This document shows, piece by piece, positions 1 through 9,763 of a stretch of 64,000 nt of DNA. Positions within the stretch are counted from its first letter, which is position 1. The number at the start of each line of letters is the position of its first letter. Source of the DNA: Piedraia hortae CBS 480.64 (taxonomy: Eukaryota); contig MU005958.1 in assembly GCA_010093745.1 (NCBI GenBank), positions 372,001-436,000 on the forward strand, in the 5' to 3' direction. The position numbers were made by a program, and so were the translations under genes. The notes beneath the pieces were generated by a model, which was not told where the DNA came from, did no database searches, and saw only the letters and a list, made by a program, of their open reading frames with translations.

Positions 1-1128
1 CTCGGAAAAAGTCCTCTGGAAATTGCTCCGATGAGACGACAGGTTCCAGTTCACTAATAGCACACTCTCAGTCATAGTTCCATCTGTTCACATGGGGATG
101 GAACCTACCGCAAAAAGGCTGCTTTCTCGCTTTCATTCTTGAGACCAAAACTCTCAACGCCGTTGCTCAATTGGATCAAGGGTATGTCGAAGAAGCCTCC
201 GTGTCTCGTGCCTTGGACTAGGAAATTGGCTACACTCAGCCGCATTTTCGGCAGATTATGGGTGAGACGCTTGTAGCTGGCATGCATGTCAAGCGGGACA
301 TTTTCTGTACTCCCAATCTGTTTCTCGCCTGAATTGTGGCCGTGATTAAACACCTCATGAACCAAGATACCATATTGGTAGGCATCGACAGCATGAGGGG
401 GGTTCTTCTTGACACTTTCCCACCCGTCTCTGACCACTTCAGGAGGGGTATAGTATTCAATGCCAGGAACCAAACTGCCGCGTGAGAACATGATCCCATC
501 GTCCTCTTTCAGCGAGGATAGAATCTCTACACCACCCACCTTCCACTCTCCGCTTTCGCTAGTGAATATCGAACCTAGCCGGATATTGCCATGTACAGAG
601 GCGGCTTCGTCATTGATGAACTTGATCGTTTTGGCAACATCGTGCAGACCCCACTTGATACTGTCTTCTGACAGAGATCTTCGTTTCACAGCCCAGGAAA
701 GCGGTACGATACGTTCCACAGCAATATAGATTAGCTGATCTGTCTGCCTTGAAAATTTTCCAATTAGCTTCTTGAGATCCCTTTTCCAAGGCAGCAGGGT
801 TTTCCAATCCCACCTCAAGCGTGTCAAGCACTTTTACCATGCCAGGGTGTCGCAAAGTACGGAGCTTTCGCAGGGCGTTCCTAGCCAGTGCAAATCGCGA
901 CTTGTCATTGGCATCTGAGAATGAGTAAACGCTGCATTTGGATCCGTCCTCCTATTTCAAAAGGCGTTAAAAGATGCCTAAAAGAACCGTGCATTGGCAT
1001 GAACACACCCTTTTGGTTCCGTTATGCAGATTCCAAATGGACTGTCCGATATCAACACGATCGCCAAAGGTATATGGGAAGGCCGGACCCTTGGCGATGG
1101 ATGCAACAGCAGACTTGAAGAAGTCCAT
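1..1128 (-). CDS. CEX1: SCY1-like pseudokinase (Cex1/SCYL family), 5' part; runs off the window start
   Basis: Spliced MDFFKSAVASIAKGPAFPYTFGD...ARNALRKLRTLRHPGMVKVLDTLE...VHGNIRLGSIFTSESGEWKVGG. GT-AG introns at 952-1008, 744-813 and 54-108 restore the frame. Confidence 0.85.
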
Positions 1129-1357
1129 ATTGCTAGTTGGATTCAGTAACAAGCCAAGGCAAAGTCACCAAACGGAGCGGGCCGAGCCACAGCAAGAGGT
1201 CACAAAGGAAGAGGGAAGGCAAGAGAGGAAGAAAAAGAGGAAAATTTGAGTTTTTCATGGTAGTATGCATACTTTGCTGCCGTGAATTAGACCATAGAGT
1301 AATATACAACATCGCTGGGTATGACTGGTTCGTTACGCACAACGTATCATCCATTGC

Positions 1358-2623
1358 TTAAAAATTGCTTGCCTTGTTCACCGGAACACTGGAATGGTAC
1401 CTCTCCACGTCGTCATTTATCGAAGTCCGCGGATTGAGCTTCTCCCGAAGAATATTGCTGTCTGTCGAATCACGGAAGTCGTCTTGGGGCAGTTTTTCAC
1501 GCCTCTTATTGCCCCATATCCGCCACGCAGCAAACACTAGTCCGGCAATCAAGACGACACCACCGATAGTCCCCACCACTCCACCGATGACTTTTCTGTT
1601 CGAACTCGACATATTCCCTCCACCACTCCCACCACTGGCTAGTGTTGGCGAGATGGTGGCCTTGGCGAGACCAGTAGTACTGGAAACCACATCGGCCTCT
1701 GTGACGGTGGAGGTGAGGATAACGCCGTCCGATGTCCAAACCGACGTAAGGGTTTTCCGTACAGTCTCTGCCACCACCAATGGGGTGGTGATTGTGATGG
1801 CGGAAGAGAGAGTGGAGCGGTCGATAGTAGACGTGCCTACAACAACCAGGTTGCTGGATTTGCCTGTCTGGGTTCTGACAATGGGCAAGGACGTGGTTGT
1901 AGGAGCAGACATAACCGACGTCTTTATGCGTGAGGTGATGGTAGACCCGTCGGAATTGGTGGTAGTCACGCTGATGGTGGTGGGCACTTGGATCGAGCTG
2001 ACAGGAGAGGAAGATGTAGCAGAGGCGTCGTCTGTAGAGGAAGAGCCGGAGGAGAACGAGTCGGCCGACGACGAAGGACTGGTAGTGGCGTCGGTCGTCG
2101 CTGCAGATGTCTGAGTCGAAGATGGAGCATTGGTTGTGGTAGAAGCGTCGCCCGACGAAGACTGAGATGTGTCTGGTGTGGGTGTGGGCGTTGTCGCTGT
2201 TGTTGCAGATGTCGACGGCTCCGTTGTGGATGATGGTGCAGGCGGTGAACTGGTGGACGGATTGCTCGGAGAGGAAGAAGAAGAGGGCGAGGCATTTGTG
2301 GTTGGCGAAGCTGACGAGCTGTCGGCCGTATTGCTTGGGGCCGACGTGGTGGTCTCCGTGGATGCATTGCTTGAGTCAGTGCTGTCTGTTGTTGTCGCGG
2401 GCGTGGTGGCGGCGCTCGAGCCGTCGTTGGACGACGACGATGATTCACCACTGGCGCGCGTCTGGATTGCGGTGCTGGCTACGTCGCTACCACTCGCCGA
2501 AGTCGACTCGTCGGTGCTGGAGGGCGAGACGGCCGTGCCCACCACCTGCCGCTTGGGTACAATGCCATTCGGTAGCTCGTCCGAGTTGATTTGAGCAAAG
2601 TTGGCGAAGAAGGGAACAGGCAT
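1358..2623 (-). CDS. Ser/Thr-rich single-pass membrane protein (Mid2/Wsc-like cell-surface protein)
   Basis: First ATG at 2623. Long S/T-rich ectodomain, one TM segment (VIGGVVGTIGGVVLIAGLVFAAW), basic stop-transfer (NKRREK) and a short cytoplasmic tail. Confidence 0.75.
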   Translation of the reverse strand: MPVPFFANFAQINSDELPNGIVPKRQVVGTAVSPSSTDESTSASGSDVASTAIQTRASGESSSSSNDGSSAATTPATTTDSTDSSNASTETTTSAPSNTADSSSASPTTNASPSSSSSPSNPSTSSPPAPSSTTEPSTSATTATTPTPTPDTSQSSSGDASTTTNAPSSTQTSAATTDATTSPSSSADSFSSGSSSTDDASATSSSPVSSIQVPTTISVTTTNSDGSTITSRIKTSVMSAPTTTSLPIVRTQTGKSSNLVVVGTSTIDRSTLSSAITITTPLVVAETVRKTLTSVWTSDGVILTSTVTEADVVSSTTGLAKATISPTLASGGSGGGNMSSSNRKVIGGVVGTIGGVVLIAGLVFAAWRIWGNKRREKLPQDDFRDSTDSNILREKLNPRTSINDDVERYHSSVPVNKASNF

Positions 2624-3072
2624 GGTGAACAAGGGCCACAGGGAGTCACCGGTCGCTGTTACTTGTTGCTGGCTACGTAGGCACGCTGTGTACGAGGAGA
2701 TTTTATTTTCGGAGATGCGCGTGGTGTAGGCCAATCGGACAGCCGTCAGCCCTATATTTTTAGGTTCCCGGCTAATTGGAGCGGATTCTGTTACGTAATC
2801 AACCACGCATCTGATTGGCTACTCGTGAGCCCTTGCTGAACGAGGCTGAACACACGCTGCGGCTGGGATAAAAACGGCCCAGCCGGCTGCAGTTGATTAA
2901 CTATTCAATTAAAAGCTGTTGAATGCTAGCGGCTTGCGCAACCTCCACAAATAAAAAAGATGGTAAAAGAAAAAATCGTGACCGGCATCGTTTCGTTCTC
3001 AAACGCGTATGGCCTGAGCCCGTAGCATTTCCCCCTTAGATCCTTTCGTGTACATGTTCCTTTCCAGTGCAT

Positions 3073-3504
3073 TCACCGACCTCCTTCAACGATCCGCAGG
3101 ATGAAGTTCACCACTACCGCCGCCACCAGGGCGAGCGCCAGTGCCGTGGGCCCAAAACGATCATCGAAACCGCCGCCCTGTCCACGTGTGCGGATCGCCT
3201 TCGCTCGCCAATGAAACGTGAGCAGGGCATAACACATTGCAGCCAGAGCCACGAGTGTGAACAATCCCGCTGAGATTCGGCCGACTTGATCACCAAAGTT
3301 TAGGAGCCCGACCGCCAGCCCGCCAAGGATGACGGTAAAATTAAGCCATGAGAGGAAGGTACGCTCGTTTGCGAAGAAGACTTTGGGCTCGACGCGAGTC
3401 GGGAGCGCTATGCGCTTGCCTGCGCTCATGTAAGCTATCCAGTTGGAATTCCGTCGTGAGCATGACATACCGGGAGCGGCTTGGAGTAAGGGCTGGGACG
3501 ACAT
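3073..3504 (-). CDS. VTC1: Vacuolar transporter chaperone 1 (polyphosphate VTC complex)
   Basis: [25 protein letters not shown] signature and 3 TM helices. In-frame 51-nt intron 3420-3470 (GTATGT...CAG). Confidence 0.95.
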   Translation of the reverse strand: MSSQPLLQAAPGMSCSRRNSNWIAYMSAGKRIALPTRVEPKVFFANERTFLSWLNFTVILGGLAVGLLNFGDQVGRISAGLFTLVALAAMCYALLTFHWRAKAIRTRGQGGGFDDRFGPTALALALVAAVVVNFILRIVEGGR

Positions 3505-3771
3505 GATACTCTGAACAATGGCGATTGTTCTGCACGTGGTGCTGATGGTACTCGGGTAAATCTCGGTACGAAGTCTAGCACACCGTGTTATCTATCAAGC
3601 CACACATAGTTATCAAATCGCATCCGTTTGCCACCATCAGGAATATATTAGCTTATGAGCCAGACTAGGTAGACTGAATACAGCATGGTACCCGTGTGCA
3701 GTAGTGCCAAACACAACTCTTCATCTATAGCTTGCACAATGCGTTTCGGCAGTGCCACATGATTGAAGATC

Positions 3772-4482
3772 CTATGTGAGCTTCTGCTTGATGAAGAACG
3801 CACGGAGATAGGTCAGCTGCCAGGCGCAAGTTGCAGCAAGAACAATCAACTGAATGATGGACCAGCGCACCACCCGAGCATTGACCGCCTCGCTCTGATC
3901 GCGAAACTCAGCCTCGCGTTCCCGCTGAAAGATCTGCTCTCTCCTGATATCTTGTAGCCTAAGCACAAGGTCTTGGACTTTGGATACAACCTGGTCCATC
4001 TGGCTCTTGTCTGAACTCTCAATCGACGACGTTTCCCCTATCGCCATGTCCAATTCAATCTTGACGCCGCCCGAAGGGGAGCCCGAGAAGAGAAAGCCAG
4101 ACGTCGCAGGTACATTGGTAGGAGTAAAACAGAGACGATGTGTACCCGATTCGGCGGCAGAAAATGCGAATTTCCCTTCGCTGGCGCCGCGCTGCGAGAC
4201 CACACGGTGGTCATTGTCAAAAGTCTCATCGGCAGTTATATGGATGCCCATTTCGGGGTTGTGAATGTACGAGCGCGACTGATCATTCCACTGTGTAGCT
4301 TTGTAGGTGCCTGGATTTGGTCAGCGTACCGGAAACCAGGGCTGTTTTGCTCTGTGCGTACCAACGACCATGGTTCCTTTGGCATACTCTTCCAGAAAAC
4401 ATTTTGGAGCGGATCCGTCCGTGTAGAAGTAGAGTGCCTCTGCTGAAGCTAGCAGCAAAGTGATTGCGGCGAATACTTGCAT
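3772..4482 (-). CDS. p24/emp24/gp25L family cargo receptor (Erp1-like)
   Basis: Signal peptide MQVFAAITLLLASAEALYFY, GOLD domain, REREAEFRDQSE coiled coil, TM, C-terminal FFIKQKLT. Intron 4311-4361. Confidence 0.92.
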
Positions 4483-4759
4483 TGCGCTGGGACGTATGTC
4501 CAAGACCTGTTGACTCGACGAAAGCGTGTTTAATTCCTAACCCTAAATACATGGTCGATGCAAATCGGTATGATACGCACAAAAACTGGAGATGCGGGCG
4601 TTGTCAAAGGGTGGTGACATGAATGATATGAGAAGAACTCTGAATTTTTTCCAATAAGCGAGTTCTGACTGGTACTTTTCTATCTCTCCCCCTCGCCGCT
4701 CATCTCATATATAGGGATACTTCTTCCAGCATTAATCTCAGGGTTTACATTTGCCACCG

Positions 4760-4972
4760 CTGTATACTCGGTTAGTGGTAGCTCCTACCAAAGATTTTTC
4801 AGCAAAGAATAAAATAAACAATCAGATCTTTTCAGTTTAGACCTTCATCCTCCCCAGAGGCTGCGTAGGCTGGGTACGCGACCATCGAAGGGGTTCTATA
4901 GTCAGACCTTTTACCAAAGTCTCATCAAAGTTTTCTAGTCGAAAGAAAGAAGAAAAGGGCTGATTCACTCAC
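4760..4972 (-). other. 213-nt spliceosomal intron of an apparently non-coding snoRNA host transcript
   Basis: Minus-strand donor GTGAGT (4972-4967), branch ACTAAC (4776-4771), acceptor CAG (4762-4760). About four times the local intron size. Flanking exons give only a 9-codon ORF (MLRGGKCKP). Confidence 0.75.
4820..4930 (-). ncRNA. Box C/D guide RNA with antisense elements to U5 and U2 snRNAs
   Basis: C box TTGATGA (4928-4922), guide CTTTGGTAAAAGGT plus D' CTGA (4905-4902), C'-like GGATGAA (4850-4844), guide TAAACTGAAAAGAT plus D CTGA (4825-4822). Lies inside a complete intron. Ends are approximate. Confidence 0.85.
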
Positions 4973-5178
4973 CGAAGCATCTGCTCAAGGGATTATTATT
5001 CTGAATGCTGTGACTGCCAATTGAGAAAGAGCGAAGTGGTCGGAGGTTTCCGCCAGTCTAACCTCATTGGATTTGACAGTCGCTAGCGCGCGATTGACCC
5101 CCGCGACGCGAAACACTACACCTACGAAATCGATCAACTTGACAGCATTCATACTCCACGTCTGCCTGTCAAAGATCA

Positions 5179-5658
5179 ATGATGGCCAACCTGGTAAGGT
5201 CTAGAAAAAAGCGCTTCCAGCTAAAGCTAAACTTGATGTTATCATAGCCTATACCCGTCGATCGCCTCCAGGAGATATGCGATGAGATTTGTCAGTCTGT
5301 CTTGGCCGACGCAACTGCCTACGACCACGTCGCAACTCGCTCCTGGAATGAAGCCATCAATCAGAAAATCCTTTCGGCGCTTGTTGAGTCGTCTTCGAAG
5401 CACAAGTTCTGCGTGAACACCATTATCATGCAACAAAATAGCCCTGGAAAGGAAGGCAATGAGCCCGGCGCTGCTGCTGGAACAGAACACGGCCCCGAGG
5501 GCATTCCACAACGTCCAACCGCCGGCCGTCGTGGCATGCACCACGTTAGCGGCGCGTTCTGGGACAACCAGCGGGACGGCATGTGGAACTACAAGTACGC
5601 GGGCGCAGAGCAAAAGGGAGTCGATGTAATCATTGCCATTACGTGGATTGCTCTATGA
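5179..5658 (+). CDS. Dynein light chain Tctex-1 type
   Basis: Exon 1 ATG 5179-5193, intron 5194-5247 (GTAAGG...TAG). WNEAINQKIL...HKFCVNTIIMQ...GAFWDNQRDGMWNYKY is typical of fungal Tctex-1. Confidence 0.9.
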
Positions 5659-5713
5659 TACAGAAGATTAACGAGCACTGGGTGTATAGAGTACATTGAC
5701 GAACTGACCCTCT

Positions 5714-6466
5714 TTATTCCAGTTTCAGGAATCTTCCCACGCGCATTCGTACGCCTTCAAGCGTGTTCAACTTTGGTCTTACGTCGAGGTAAAAGTTAAG
5801 GCCCTTACCGGGCTCTTTGTTATTATGCCCCGAGTAAAAATCGATCACATATTCGACTCGCTGGCCGCATCGATCCACGACCCAGTCATGACGATCAAAT
5901 GGCTTCTGGTAGCCCATGAGCCAGGTATTCCATAGCGCTCTTGGGGATAGCTTAGAACTATCGCCGCGGAAGCTCACTAGTCTGGGCCCTCCACAGCTTT
6001 CAGACCCTCGCCCTGCTTCCCAGCCTTTGATCTCAGCCCAAGCCTTTTCGTTTACCGCATTGTGAATTGGCACTACGGATGCCATGTCGGTGGCCTGTGG
6101 GGAGTAGCCCTTTCGCTTCATAGCGTTGAAGAACATGTCTTGGGAGGGATATACCCAATTACCTCCAAGGTGACCCGTTTCGGCTTCATGGTTGGCAGGA
6201 TTCTCCCCTCTTCGGCCATGATAGGCGCGGGGAATGGTGGAAATTTCACGTTCGGTAGAGAGCTGACGGATTCGCGGCCTTGTTGCTGATGGCTCCGGCG
6301 CCATCTGCCACGAGAGAGCGTCCAGGGAGAAGCGGACATGCGCGTTGCTTGTGAAGGCCAACGGAGCTCTGTCCGGACTATTCTGCGCGGCCTCGAGCCA
6401 CCGGGAGCGAGTCTGATGGTCCACAGGACATTGTTGTGCAGCTTCCGAGGGCATTTTGGCGGACAT
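5714..6466 (-). CDS. CYT2: Holocytochrome c/c1 synthase (heme lyase)
   Basis: CPVDH heme-regulatory motif; NWVYPSQDMFFNAMKRKG, VPIHNAVNEKAW, PFDRHDWVVDRCG and YVIDFY motifs. CYT2 rather than CYC3 is my best guess. Confidence 0.88.
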   Translation of the reverse strand: MSAKMPSEAAQQCPVDHQTRSRWLEAAQNSPDRAPLAFTSNAHVRFSLDALSWQMAPEPSATRPRIRQLSTEREISTIPRAYHGRRGENPANHEAETGHLGGNWVYPSQDMFFNAMKRKGYSPQATDMASVVPIHNAVNEKAWAEIKGWEAGRGSESCGGPRLVSFRGDSSKLSPRALWNTWLMGYQKPFDRHDWVVDRCGQRVEYVIDFYSGHNNKEPGKGLNFYLDVRPKLNTLEGVRMRVGRFLKLE

Positions 6467-6533
6467 TGTGCGGTGACGTTGGGAGCGCCCCGGTTTTAAC
6501 CCGTTTGGGATTCGCCGCGGGAGTGTCGATGAA

Positions 6534-7691
6534 ATGAACAACAGCCGCGTCTACCGCGCCAGCACCTTTGCTCCAGTCAACATCGCCGTCATCAAGTACT
6601 GGGGAAAGCGCGACGCGAAGCTCAATTTGCCTACAAACTCGTCCCTCTCTGTCACTCTGTCGCAGGACCATCTCCGCGCCCACACCACCGCCTCTTGTGC
6701 CGCGTCTTTCGACTCCGACACGCTGAAGCTCAATGGCCAACAACAAGATGTATCTGGCTCCCGCATACAGTCTTGTCTTGCCGAACTCCGTCGTCTCCGC
6801 CACGCTATGGAGGATGCTGATGGCAGTCTACCCAAGCTGAGCGACATGAAGCTCCACGTTGTGAGCGAGAACAACTTCCCCACCGCCGCCGGACTCGCAA
6901 GCAGTGCAGCTGGCTTCGCTGCTCTGGTGCGGGCCATTGCGAACCTCTACGAGCTTGACGCCTCACCCACCGAGCTCTCGCGCATCGCTCGCCAAGGATC
7001 TGGTTCAGCGTGCCGCTCCCTCTTCGGTGGCTATTGCGCGTGGGATATGGGCAAGGCAGCAGACGGCAGCGACAGCGTTGCATACGAGGTCGCCCCGGCA
7101 AGCCACTGGCCGGATATGTGTGCGTTGATCCTCGTGGCCAGCGCGGACAAGAAAGACGTGAGCTCGACGGCGGGGATGCAACAGACTGTAGCAAGTAGCA
7201 GCCTCATGGAGCACCGCATAAAACATGTCGTTCCCGAGCGCATGCAGGAAATGGAACAGGCAGTGCGCGACCGTGACTTTGCCGCCTTTGCCGACCTCAC
7301 CATGAGAGACAGCAACAATTTTCATGCAACTTGCCTAGATACTTGTCCCCCAATCTTCTACATGAACGACACCAGCAGAGCGGCTGTGCGAGTTGTAGAA
7401 GCCATCAACAAGGCTGCCGGTCGTCCTGTTTGTGCTTACACATTTGATGCCGGCCCCAATGCTGTTGTATACCACCTTGCCTCTAATCGGGCAGCCGTGG
7501 CCGGTGTCTTCAAACTCATACTGGGTGGCAAGCCGGGCTGGGAGGGAAATCAAGGCGCCACCATTGGCTCCACCGCTGCTATTCCCAAAGGAGCCGAAGC
7601 GGCAGCTGGCGTGCTTCAAGCTGGCGTGAGCCGTGTTATCTTGACCGCGGTAGGTGATGGCCCGCGCAAGACGGACCAACATCTCTGTTAA
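6534..7691 (+). CDS. MVD1: Diphosphomevalonate decarboxylase
   Basis: APVNIAVIKYWGKRD, NNFPTAAGLASSAAG, ARQGSGSACRSLFGG and YTFDAGPNAV motifs; intronless. Confidence 0.97.
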   Translation: MNNSRVYRASTFAPVNIAVIKYWGKRDAKLNLPTNSSLSVTLSQDHLRAHTTASCAASFDSDTLKLNGQQQDVSGSRIQSCLAELRRLRHAMEDADGSLPKLSDMKLHVVSENNFPTAAGLASSAAGFAALVRAIANLYELDASPTELSRIARQGSGSACRSLFGGYCAWDMGKAADGSDSVAYEVAPASHWPDMCALILVASADKKDVSSTAGMQQTVASSSLMEHRIKHVVPERMQEMEQAVRDRDFAAFADLTMRDSNNFHATCLDTCPPIFYMNDTSRAAVRVVEAINKAAGRPVCAYTFDAGPNAVVYHLASNRAAVAGVFKLILGGKPGWEGNQGATIGSTAAIPKGAEAAAGVLQAGVSRVILTAVGDGPRKTDQHLC

Positions 7692-7925
7692 AGGGTATTT
7701 GCAGTGCCTTAATGCGATACCTTTCAACCCGGATGGATTCTCACACAGGGCCTATACTGTCATCGTTACGTTACCTAGATCCTATGAGACACCGCCTCTT
7801 AGCGATAGCATGCAACTTTCATAACTTCCCATGGCTTCGTGGCAACGGGGACTTCGTTTCCTTTCTCGTCCGTCGTTTCCTGTCATATTCGCATTCACTT
7901 CCTCGGCCTCGTAGGCAAGCAAAGA

Positions 7926-8641
7926 TCAAACAAGTGTCTGTTTGACCCTAGGGTCCATACTTAATCTATCCGGGGCGTGCACATCAAGGACTCCCTTCAT
8001 TTTCTGTTGAAACTCAGCCAGCTCTTTCCGAACAGCATTCGTCAGATCACTGTTATTGTTGTCGTTTACTGAGCCTGACACTTCAAAGAGATAAGCTCCC
8101 GAGGGATCGAGCGCCGAACATTGATCAACACCAGGTGGAGCTGCTTCGAGTGGTTCGCTCTTTCCCACCTCTTTGGGCGTGCAAAGTATTTGGCCCACGC
8201 GAATGTTGAGGTTGTGGTGGGTGAATCGGTGTCCTTGGAGAAGGTACTGGTTGACGAACCTTGGATGTAAGTCCACAAAAAACATTGCAGAAGAAGTTCG
8301 GCTTACTTATAATTCCCCCCTGCTTCGCGGTACTGTTCAACGACTTCAGTCGAACCAGCTACGTTCACTAACACAGATCTTGAGATTACGGTAGGATTGC
8401 CAGCCACAGGGAGGTCTTCCGCTCGCAAAATCCATGAGCTCCTTTCATTCAAAACGTCGCGTATCAGCTTGTGATATTGCGCACGCTGCTGGCCCTTCGT
8501 GGGGCTTAGCTGTCGGTAGAGGACGGTCTGTTCGCAAATGCGCACAGCCTGCATACCGCTGATGCCGGCCAAGATGGCAAGTACCTGCTCAACGCGAGCT
8601 GCCGGAACAATAGAATGCAAACTGAATTCTTGCAGCCTCAT
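7926..8641 (-). CDS. MED18: Mediator subunit 18 (Srb5)
   Basis: MRLQEFSLHSIV...VLAILAGISGMQ at the N-terminus; LDPSGAYLFEV...PDRLSMDPRVK at the C-terminus. 47-nt intron 8260-8306 (GTAAGC...AAG) joins the two ORFs. Confidence 0.85.
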
Positions 8642-8925
8642 TGTCGTGTTAGCTACAGCGAGGCTACCGCAGAGCCTAGATTGGGGCGTCCTAGACTTCA
8701 CATGCAGATTGAAGTTGACAGTTTCCTTTTCCAGGCTAGTGACGCGAGTAGGTTCGCGTCGCGTATCTTAACGTCGCGGCGGAACAAATCCCGGGCGGAA
8801 AATAACTAGTGGCGTGTGTGGTGGCCCCACCCCAGGTCTCGCGCGTAACTTTTCCAACTGAGCCGCTTATCATCCGCATCATCCCGCAAGACGAGAAGCA
8901 CACAAGCATTCTCCATTGAGCAAAT

Positions 8926-9384
8926 ATGCAAGCGACGAGACGTTTATTTCAACATCGGCAACCGATGATTCATTTTCTTGGCCGTCGAGGCAACGCTCCT
9001 GCGAGCGCACGTAAGTTCAAGCGCTCCCTTGGCCTGCGTGGTAAGCTAATTCAAGGCGTAGAAACTGAGCATCCTCCAAAGGTCCATCCCGCTTCGCCCA
9101 TCGACGAACTACCTGATTCTTTTGCAAAGTACCGCCAACGCGCCCAACAGTACGGCCCGCTTGCATCATCATCATCATCAAAGACCTCCAACGCGAGCTC
9201 AAGACAAGCAAGGAGCAGTGGAAAGAGCTTTGGCGAACTGACTGGCGAGGAACTGGGCTCTCCAGAACCGAAGAAGGGCCAATTCTGGGATCGCAACGAT
9301 CTTCCGCCCAGATTCCATCGTATGACTTGGACACAGGCCGATATTGAAGCTATTGAGAGCGGTGGAGCAACATTGTATGAATGA
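8926..9384 (+). CDS. KGD4: Alpha-ketoglutarate dehydrogenase subunit 4 / Ymr31 / MRPS36 family
   Basis: Mitochondrial presequence-like start with PMIHFLGRR; C-terminal LPPRFHR...DIEAIESGGA family motif. Probable in-frame intron 9011-9061. Confidence 0.85.
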   Translation: MQATRRLFQHRQPMIHFLGRRGNAPASARKFKRSLGLRGKLIQGVETEHPPKVHPASPIDELPDSFAKYRQRAQQYGPLASSSSSKTSNASSRQARSSGKSFGELTGEELGSPEPKKGQFWDRNDLPPRFHRMTWTQADIEAIESGGATLYE

Positions 9385-9763
9385 TTCCCTAATGACGGCA
9401 AGCTCTTGCCATGAAATTACGTGTTCTGGTCCCTCTAACTATACCGATAAGTATTTAAAAGTACTGTCATCTATAAAACAAGATCAATGAACATCATAGT
9501 TGCTCTCTACTTGCCAGTCTCCGAGGCCCGCCCCAGGCTATCAGATGTCAAGCGCCAATCAAACGCAACGTTAATTTTACGGAACGGAAAGCCGGGATTG
9601 TGCGAGCATGACCTTGCAGTGGGGCACCAATCAAAACCCGGGAACCTGTTTTACCCCGGACTGTTTTGCGGGGCAACCAGTAACCAGATGGGGAAACAAA
9701 CAAACACGACTTTGTCTTATACAACAGATACTCTACATTGTGCTCAGTAGCTGAAACATCACA

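Noticed and set aside
1365..2594. Long antisense ORFs over the Ser/Thr-rich gene (similar cases over SEC23, RNR1 and the CHY gene)
   Set aside because: Shadow frames caused by GC content and codon bias of the real gene.
4621..4670. Plus-strand ATGATATGA...CTGA...CTGA with a short GAACTC/GAGTTC inverted repeat, as a second snoRNA
   Set aside because: Only about 50 nt, imperfect C box and no recognisable guide.
4740..4980. LRGG in the spliced host micro-ORF resembles the ubiquitin C-terminus
   Set aside because: Four residues in a 9-codon ORF; no ubiquitin sequence upstream.
8741..8850. CGCG-rich cluster between MED18 and KGD4 as MCB elements
   Set aside because: No perfect ACGCGT; CGCG runs are common in the short promoters throughout this window.
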